The notes beneath the pieces are model-generated. The model made no database searches. It was given only the letters and a program-made list of their open reading frames with translations, and was not told the DNA's origin. The position numbers were made by a program, and so were the translations under genes. A stretch of 64,000 nucleotides of DNA from Arenicellales bacterium (lineage in GTDB: Bacteria > Pseudomonadota > Gammaproteobacteria > BMS3Bbin11), in contig JARFQE010000096.1 of assembly GCA_029287915.1 (NCBI GenBank), forward strand, positions 3,238-67,237, read 5' to 3'. Of the stretch, positions 58,271-64,000 are shown in pieces (the stretch's first letter is position 1; each line of letters starts with the position of its first letter).

Positions 58271-58951
58271 ATGAAGAAACTTGTCATTGTCAAATCTATG
58301 CTGGTTGCGTTTCTCCTTATCTCCCCGGCATCAGCTGCTAGTAATGCATTTGATACAGAAAAAATGCTCTCTGATCTGGAACAGCAGCTGCAGTTAAGTC
58401 GTGAAAAGTACAATAAAATGAAACCACAACTGGAACAGACTATTGAGCAAAAAAGCAGGGAACTAAAAGAGACAGTTGACAAACAGGTTAAAGAGGGCTT
58501 TGTTGAACTCGAGTCAATGTCGAAAAAACTTGATGCCGCTTCAGATGAGGCCAAACGTAACCTGGAAAAAGCGCTGAACAGTGATGAGATAATGCAGCTA
58601 AAGAATTTCCTCGCCAGTATTGATGAAGAAGCGATAAGGGATGCACGAGAAAGGCTGCTTGACGAGCTGACCAGGCAACTTGAACTGACAGCCGATCAGC
58701 TTGATAAGCTCAAACCAATCTTACGTGACTACATGACCCAGGCCAGTGAACTGCTTGAACAATTTACCAAAGGCGGCAAGCGTGCATTCGAAGAGTACCG
58801 TGAAAAGTATGATGTGCTGGCTAATGATGCGAAGGAAAGCACTAAAGATATATTGAATTCTGATCAAATGAAGAAGCTAGAGGAACAGTTGATAGAAACC
58901 AGGGACAGGATCAAGGAAAAAGTTTTTACCACTGACGAAAAAGTAAAATAA
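58271..58951 (+). CDS. Periplasmic LTxxQ-motif (Spy/CpxP/ZraP-like) coiled-coil protein
   Basis: A signal peptide (LVAFLLISPASA|AS) is present. It is a helical K/E-rich protein with 'LELTADQLDKLKPIL' and 'LQLSREKYNKMKPQL' repeats of the LTxxQ type. Confidence 0.55.
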   Translation: MKKLVIVKSMLVAFLLISPASAASNAFDTEKMLSDLEQQLQLSREKYNKMKPQLEQTIEQKSRELKETVDKQVKEGFVELESMSKKLDAASDEAKRNLEKALNSDEIMQLKNFLASIDEEAIRDARERLLDELTRQLELTADQLDKLKPILRDYMTQASELLEQFTKGGKRAFEEYREKYDVLANDAKESTKDILNSDQMKKLEEQLIETRDRIKEKVFTTDEKVK

Positions 58952-58957
58952 ATATCC

Positions 58958-59569
58958 ATGTCACTGATAGCCTGTCATGAGTGCGATCTGTTACAGAAGC
59001 GAACTGATGAAATTCCACCACACAGCAAGGCAGTCTGCGGCCGTTGCGGTGCGGTGCTTTACCGGCACATACCGGACAGTATCGATCGCACCATTGCCCT
59101 TGCCATAGCAGGGCTGGTGCTTTTCATCTGTGCCAACGTATTTCCGTTCCTGGCCTTTGAAGTGTCGGGGCAGGCGACGCAGTCAACATTGATATCCGGT
59201 GCGGCAAGCCTGTATTTGCAGGGTATGTGGGCTCTGGCATTCCTGGTATTCGTTACCTGCATCGGGGCGCCGCTGATGCAGATTTTATTGATGCTGTATA
59301 TTTTCATGCCGCTAAAATTCGGTCGTCTTCCGGCACATATACCACTGGCATTCCGCTCGCTCAGGGAAATCCAGGCCTGGAATATGATTGAAGTGTTCAT
59401 GCTGGGCATCCTGGTATCACTGGTCAAACTGACGAAGATGGCGACCATCATACCCGGACTGGCGTTGTGGTCCTTCGTAGGATTGATCGTCGTGCTGACC
59501 GCAGCCGCGACAGCCGTTGATGCCGAGCTGGTATGGCAGAAACTGGACTGCAACAATGGCAAGCGCTAA
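58958..59569 (+). CDS. pqiA: PqiA-family membrane protein, N-terminal-half homologue
   Basis: The Cys4 zinc-ribbon-like 'CHECDLL…CGRCG' is followed by 4 TM segments, as in one PqiA repeat. Confidence 0.85.
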   Translation: MSLIACHECDLLQKRTDEIPPHSKAVCGRCGAVLYRHIPDSIDRTIALAIAGLVLFICANVFPFLAFEVSGQATQSTLISGAASLYLQGMWALAFLVFVTCIGAPLMQILLMLYIFMPLKFGRLPAHIPLAFRSLREIQAWNMIEVFMLGILVSLVKLTKMATIIPGLALWSFVGLIVVLTAAATAVDAELVWQKLDCNNGKR

Positions 59570-60200
59570 GCAGGCCTCCAGAATTTCTGCGTTGAACGCC
59601 GGAATGATCGGTTGTCACAGCTGTGATCTTGTTGTTAATGCCAAAGACGATTTTCACCACCATTTGCAATGCCCGCGCTGCGGTGCAAATCTTCACAGCC
59701 GTAAACTTAACAGCGTGGCCAGAACCTGGGCATTGATCATTGCGGCACTCGTTTTTTATGTGCCGGCCAACGTCCTGCCGATTACAACTGTCGTCAGTCT
59801 CGGTAAAGAACAGTCGGATACGATCATGAGTGGGGTGATATACTTTATGCAGTCAGGCAGCTGGGCCATAGCCCTGGTGATATTCGTTGCCAGTGTATTT
59901 GTTCCGTTGATGAAGATTTTGATACTGGTGTTCCTGCTTGTGTCGGTGCAACGCAACATCCAGTGGCGACCACGTGAACAGGCAAAGCTGTATCGCCTGA
60001 CGGAAATCGTTGGCAAGTGGTCGATGGTCGATGTTTACGTAGTAACGATTCTGGTTGCTCTGGTCAACCTTGGCGTCATTGCTGATATCGATGCAGGGCC
60101 TGCGGCACTCTACTTTGCTGCCGTGGTAGTACTGACAATGCTTGCAGCGCGCACGTTTGATCCACGCCTGATCTGGGATAGCAAAGAGGAGGTAGAGTGA
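59556..60200 (+). CDS. pqiA: PqiA-family membrane protein, C-terminal-half homologue
   Basis: 'CHSCDLV…CPRCG' plus 4 TM segments are present. It is in a different frame from, and overlaps by 14 nt with, the preceding half. E. coli PqiA is a single two-repeat protein. Confidence 0.85.
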   Translation: MASAKQASRISALNAGMIGCHSCDLVVNAKDDFHHHLQCPRCGANLHSRKLNSVARTWALIIAALVFYVPANVLPITTVVSLGKEQSDTIMSGVIYFMQSGSWAIALVIFVASVFVPLMKILILVFLLVSVQRNIQWRPREQAKLYRLTEIVGKWSMVDVYVVTILVALVNLGVIADIDAGPAALYFAAVVVLTMLAARTFDPRLIWDSKEEVE

Positions 60201-61789
60201 CCGTTGATAAGCATGATCTGCCGGATGATATACCGTCTGCAGTGGTAAAAGAAAAAAGCTCTTTCTCTCTTGTCTGGCTGATCCCTCTCGTTGCAGTCGC
60301 TATCGGTGCCTGGCTCTCTGTAAAGGCACTGATGGAAAAGGGGCCGACGGTTACCATCGTGTTTTCTTCTGCCGAAGGGCTGGTGGCAGGTAAGACCAAG
60401 ATCAGGCACAAGAATGTCGAGATTGGTCAGGTTCAGGATATACAGTTCGGTGAGGACCTGTCGAATGTTGTTGTAACGGCAACCCTAATACCCGGTATGC
60501 GCAAATACCTGACTGACAGTGCAAAATTCTGGGTCGTTCGTGCCCGTCTTTCTGGCGGCAAGGTCAGTGGTCTTGGAACCCTTCTATCCGGTGCCTATAT
60601 CAGAATGCATCCGGGTTCACCTGGAAGGAAAGAACGCAATTTTATCGGCCTCGATGAACCGCCTGCACAGAAGTTCGATTTTCCGGGTACCCGCTATAGC
60701 CTTAGCTCCCCAACTCTATCGTCCCTTGATATCGGGACGCCTGTTTTCTACCGACAACTCAAGGTTGGAGAAGTCGTTGAGTATGAACTCGCAGAAGACG
60801 GTGAGAGTGTGAGCATTGATGTTTTCATTCTTGCACCTTATGACAGACATGTTTACAAGGACTCACGTTTCTGGAATGTCAGTGGTGTTAATCTGGAAAT
60901 GGGATCAGGCGGTTTCGAATTAAACACCGAGTCCCTGAGCTCGGTACTGTTTGGTGGCATTGCATTTGGCAAGCCTGATACGCTGGGGTCAAGTGCTGTG
61001 GCTGAAGAAGGAACAGAATACCAGCTCTATGCCAGCAGGAAAAAGGCATACAAAAAACAATATGTAAAAAAGGAGAAATACATTGTTTATTTTGATGGAT
61101 CTGTTCGGGGGCTGGATATTGGTTCAGCGGTAACACTGCTCGGTATGCATATAGGTGAAGTGATCGATATGAAACTTGAGTATGACCTGCGTGACAGTAG
61201 TTTCAAAATACCCGTTTTGATTGAAATGGAATCTGAACGTTTGTCAATAATCGGCCAGCAAGCAGGCATTGAAGAACCAACAATTCAGGACCTTGTGGAT
61301 AGAGGGTTGCGTGCACAGCTCAGATCAGGAAGTCTGCTGACAGGGCAGCTGCTGGTTGATTTTGATATGTATCAGGATGCCGAGCTGGCGCAAGTTGCGT
61401 ATGAAGACAGCATAGCGGTATTGCCAACGATTCCAACTCCGCTGGATGTTTTGAAGAGCAGCCTGCAGGCATTGATGAGAAAAATCGAAAAAATGCCGTT
61501 AGAAGAGATCGGTCATAATCTCAATGCCAGCCTTGAGGGCGTCAATAAACTCGTAAACTCAGGTGAGATGGCCGACATACTCATCAATCTGAAGAAGGCT
61601 TCGGCCGAGCTGAATGAAACACTGAAAAAAGCAGGTGAGGTAGCGGAAGGCTTCGATAAAGGATCTCCTGCCTACAAGGACATCCAGCGGACGATGTCCG
61701 AACTTTCTGCTGCAGCCCGTTCACTGCGACTGATGATGGATTATCTCGAAAGGCATCCGGAAGCGTTAATCAAAGGCAAGGCCAGGTAA
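60197..61789 (+). CDS. pqiB: Intermembrane transport protein PqiB (three MCE domains)
   Basis: The GTG start overlaps the preceding stop. An N-terminal TM segment is followed by repeated MCE/MlaD-like blocks (…AEGL.AGKT.I…GV.VG.V…) and a C-terminal helical region. The protein is 530 aa. Confidence 0.9.
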   Translation: MTVDKHDLPDDIPSAVVKEKSSFSLVWLIPLVAVAIGAWLSVKALMEKGPTVTIVFSSAEGLVAGKTKIRHKNVEIGQVQDIQFGEDLSNVVVTATLIPGMRKYLTDSAKFWVVRARLSGGKVSGLGTLLSGAYIRMHPGSPGRKERNFIGLDEPPAQKFDFPGTRYSLSSPTLSSLDIGTPVFYRQLKVGEVVEYELAEDGESVSIDVFILAPYDRHVYKDSRFWNVSGVNLEMGSGGFELNTESLSSVLFGGIAFGKPDTLGSSAVAEEGTEYQLYASRKKAYKKQYVKKEKYIVYFDGSVRGLDIGSAVTLLGMHIGEVIDMKLEYDLRDSSFKIPVLIEMESERLSIIGQQAGIEEPTIQDLVDRGLRAQLRSGSLLTGQLLVDFDMYQDAELAQVAYEDSIAVLPTIPTPLDVLKSSLQALMRKIEKMPLEEIGHNLNASLEGVNKLVNSGEMADILINLKKASAELNETLKKAGEVAEGFDKGSPAYKDIQRTMSELSAAARSLRLMMDYLERHPEALIKGKAR

Positions 61790-61795
61790 TCGTCT

Positions 61796-62395
61796 ATGAA
61801 AAATAAATATGCTGTCAAATCGTTTATGCTTGTAGCGTTAATCATCAGCCTTGCTGCATGCAGCAAAACACCAGCTGCCCGGTTTTATACCTTAAGCCCT
61901 CTGGCCGAGGAGGTGAAAGGGGATACCTTAGGCGGCAGCAAAGTTATTATCGGCATTGCCGAGGTCGAGGTCTCGCCCTACCTGAACCGGTCAGAGATTA
62001 TTACTCGCAGCAGCGCTACGCAGGTCCAGTTGGCCCAGTATGACCGCTGGGCTGAACCGCTGGAGGACATCGTTGCCATGACAGTGTCCGAAAATATCTC
62101 CCGTCTACTGCCTGCAATACAAACGATAACTAGTCCATGGCCTGAAGCAGACGTCAACTACATGCTTGCAATAAAGATCAAACGCTTTGATAGCGATGAC
62201 ACCGGTAATATCAGGCTCGACGTAAGTTGGGGCATCATCGATCAGAAACAGCGTTCTATGATTGCCGTTCATGAATCCAGTATCAGACGATCCGGTACGT
62301 CCGCTGATTATGATTCAATAGTAATACAAATGAGCCAGGCATTGCTTGAGCTGAGCAAGGAGATCGCGACACAGCTAACAAAGACAAAAAAATAA
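61796..62395 (+). CDS. pqiC: PqiC / ABC-type-transport auxiliary lipoprotein (DUF330)
   Basis: A lipobox (LIISLAAC|S), the conserved 'FYTL' near the N-terminus, and a size of about 200 aa are present. Confidence 0.8.
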   Translation: MKNKYAVKSFMLVALIISLAACSKTPAARFYTLSPLAEEVKGDTLGGSKVIIGIAEVEVSPYLNRSEIITRSSATQVQLAQYDRWAEPLEDIVAMTVSENISRLLPAIQTITSPWPEADVNYMLAIKIKRFDSDDTGNIRLDVSWGIIDQKQRSMIAVHESSIRRSGTSADYDSIVIQMSQALLELSKEIATQLTKTKK

Positions 62396-62473
62396 GGTTT
62401 AGTTATATCAGGTATTAGGAAAAAAAATGAAAATTTGTTTTATAGATAACAACATCAACCAAATATAATTTTT

Positions 62474-62543
62474 GTAAAACGTAAAACGTAAAACGTAAAA
62501 CGTAAAACGTAAAACGTAAAACGTAAAACGTAAAACGTAAAAC
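62474..62543. repeat. Perfect heptanucleotide microsatellite (GTAAAAC)x10
   Basis: Counted directly: 10 contiguous identical units. It ends 38 bp upstream of the AI-2E transporter ATG. Confidence 0.95.
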
Positions 62544-62581
62544 GATACAAATCTAACACGCAGGATAAACGAGAAAAACCT

Positions 62582-63691
62582 ATGAACGATCCTGAAACAG
62601 GTTTTACTGAAGAAAAAATACAGAAGATAGCCGTCGATACAGTGCTCAGGATCGGCTTACTGGTCGCTCTCATGTTCTGGTGTTTCCAGATCATCTCGCC
62701 TTTTCTTTATCCGATAGTGTGGGGCATCATTATTGCCGTCGCATCATATGGCAGCTATGAGCGCCTGACCGAACTGATCGGCGGCCGACCGATACTGGCA
62801 GCCATACTGGTCATCCTGATATTCCTTGCCGTGATGATTGTTCCTGTTGCTCTGCTGATTGAGAGCATGGTCAATGGCATAGGTGTCCTGGCTGATGAGG
62901 CACGTCAGGGAACATTAAAGATACCGCCACCGCCAGAGAGGGTCGCCGGATGGCCGCTGGTAGGTGAAACGCTGCATGGGATATGGCTCAAGGCATCAGT
63001 CAATATTGATGCGGTACTGAAACAGTTCGCCCCGCAGCTTAAGTCGATGGGAAAGTGGTTGTTGTCTGCTGCTGCAGATACCGGTTTTGGCCTGCTGCAG
63101 TTTGTGTTTTCCATTCTCATTGCCGGTATATTTCTGGCTAATGCCTCGTCCTCCCGTGGTTCAATGATGTCATTCGCGAGAAGGTTGTCCGGTGATAAAG
63201 GGGAAGAATTTGTTAATATCGCTGCGAAAACGGTCAATGGTGTAACCAGAGGGATTCTGGGCGTGGCGATAATTCAGGGCATTCTGGCCGGCCTGGGTTT
63301 TCTTGTTGTCGGTATTCCGGGCGCCGGTCTCTGGGCCTTCCTGGCGATGGTGCTCGCAATCATCCAGATAGGAATATTGCCGGTGACTATTCCAGCAATT
63401 ATATATATATTCTCGACGGCTGAACCCATCACCGCAGTGCTGTTTCTGATCTGGAACATAATTATCAGTACTGCTGATAATCTTCTGAAACCACTGCTAA
63501 TGGGCAAGGGAGCCCCTGTACCGATGCCGGTCATATTTATCGGCGCTCTTGGTGGTTTCATGGCTTCCGGTATTCTTGGTTTGTTTACCGGTGCGATCAT
63601 CCTGTCGATTGGCTATACACTTTACTATGCGTGGTTACAGCAGGCTGCTGATTCCGATACAGGACCCGAGGCTCTTAAGGACAAACCGTAA
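62582..63691 (+). CDS. AI-2E family transporter (PerM/TqsA-like)
   Basis: The protein is 369 aa with 8 TM segments. The conserved C-terminal 'TADNLLKPLLMGKG…PVPMPVIFIGALGG' block is present. Confidence 0.9.
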   Translation: MNDPETGFTEEKIQKIAVDTVLRIGLLVALMFWCFQIISPFLYPIVWGIIIAVASYGSYERLTELIGGRPILAAILVILIFLAVMIVPVALLIESMVNGIGVLADEARQGTLKIPPPPERVAGWPLVGETLHGIWLKASVNIDAVLKQFAPQLKSMGKWLLSAAADTGFGLLQFVFSILIAGIFLANASSSRGSMMSFARRLSGDKGEEFVNIAAKTVNGVTRGILGVAIIQGILAGLGFLVVGIPGAGLWAFLAMVLAIIQIGILPVTIPAIIYIFSTAEPITAVLFLIWNIIISTADNLLKPLLMGKGAPVPMPVIFIGALGGFMASGILGLFTGAIILSIGYTLYYAWLQQAADSDTGPEALKDKP

Positions 63692-63760
63692 CAAGTAGAT
63701 CCAATAGAAAATGATTTTCGTATATGCTTTTATGACAAACTTATATAACAAATTCACAAT

Positions 63761-64000
63761 ATGACAATGAACAGAATACCGCAGCTTGTTTCAGCCTTCG
63801 TTTTTCTTGTTATCAGCGGCTGTGCGTCTCTGCCAGAAAATACAAACCGGCAGGAATCTTACGCATTCAATAAGCCGGAAACTACTGAGCTGGGTAAAAA
63901 GTACGCACAACGAGCAGTCAAACATCCAGCCGGCCAGTCAGGATACCACCTGTTATCTGACGGACTAGATGCATTCGTGGCACGTGCCGCACTGGCGCAG
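63761..64000 (+). CDS. N-terminal fragment of a lipoprotein, possibly phospholipase-D-family. The gene runs off the window end.
   Basis: The ATG at 63761 opens a frame to the window end: MTMNRIPQLVSAFVFLVISGC|ASLPEN… The lipobox is LVISGC. 'SGYHLLSDGLDAFVARAALA' resembles N-termini of PLD-like lipoproteins (from memory). It is not in the supplied ORF track because it is unterminated. Confidence 0.45.
   Translation, partial: MTMNRIPQLVSAFVFLVISGCASLPENTNRQESYAFNKPETTELGKKYAQRAVKHPAGQSGYHLLSDGLDAFVARAALAQ

Noticed and set aside
62474-62543. Possible CRISPR array
   Set aside because: The repeats are 7 bp, contiguous and lack spacers. There are no cas genes. It is a microsatellite, not a CRISPR.
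62455-62694. 79-aa minus-strand ORF containing 'RFTFYVLRFTFYVLRFTFYVL'
   Set aside because: It is simply the translation of the (GTAAAAC)x10 microsatellite on the opposite strand. It has no RBS, so it is an artefact.

Overview
This 64 kb window looks like a chromosomal stretch of a gammaproteobacterium. The local gene orders support that: dapF-yigA-xerC, mtaD-ubiG-HAD phosphatase-rmuC, divergent yrfG/nudE, divergent speA/speE, and pqiA(A)BC. The taxon call is inference from synteny and protein similarity recalled from memory; I could not run searches. I call about 60 protein-coding genes on both strands at high coding density. I found no rRNA, tRNA, CRISPR array, transposase or prophage genes. 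Most genes are core metabolism (purT, speA/speE, dapF, ubiG, mtaD, mtnA, hemF, slyD), envelope biogenesis or stress response. The features that stand out are listed below.
1. An OxyR-adjacent module of rubrerythrin, an HdrD/GlcF-like CCG Fe-S protein and a DUF3501 protein, with an intrinsic terminator or attenuator after rubrerythrin.
2. A co-directional six-gene operon: a 935-aa membrane-anchored protein, an LTxxQ (Spy/CpxP-like) periplasmic protein, a split pqiA, pqiB and pqiC. A separate AsmA-family gene lies immediately upstream.
3. AT-rich, probably acquired islets carrying orphan genes: a Cache-like cytoplasmic protein, a DsbA-like protein plus a GT-A-like protein, and a 529-aa protein with a PilZ-like C-terminus.
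4. An orphan MerB-like organomercurial lyase with the catalytic Cys/Asp/Cys residues conserved.
5. A secreted Met-rich, Gly/Tyr/Pro/Ser-rich low-complexity protein.
6. A perfect (GTAAAAC)x10 heptanucleotide microsatellite 38 bp upstream of an AI-2E transporter gene, a candidate phase-variation switch.
7. An intragenic 12-bp x5 tandem repeat encoding (D/N)K(E/G)F units in a tandem-thioredoxin protein.
8. Long non-coding regions carrying a perfect 18-bp palindrome and a 14-bp tandem direct repeat.
Start codons are approximate (+/- a few codons) where noted.
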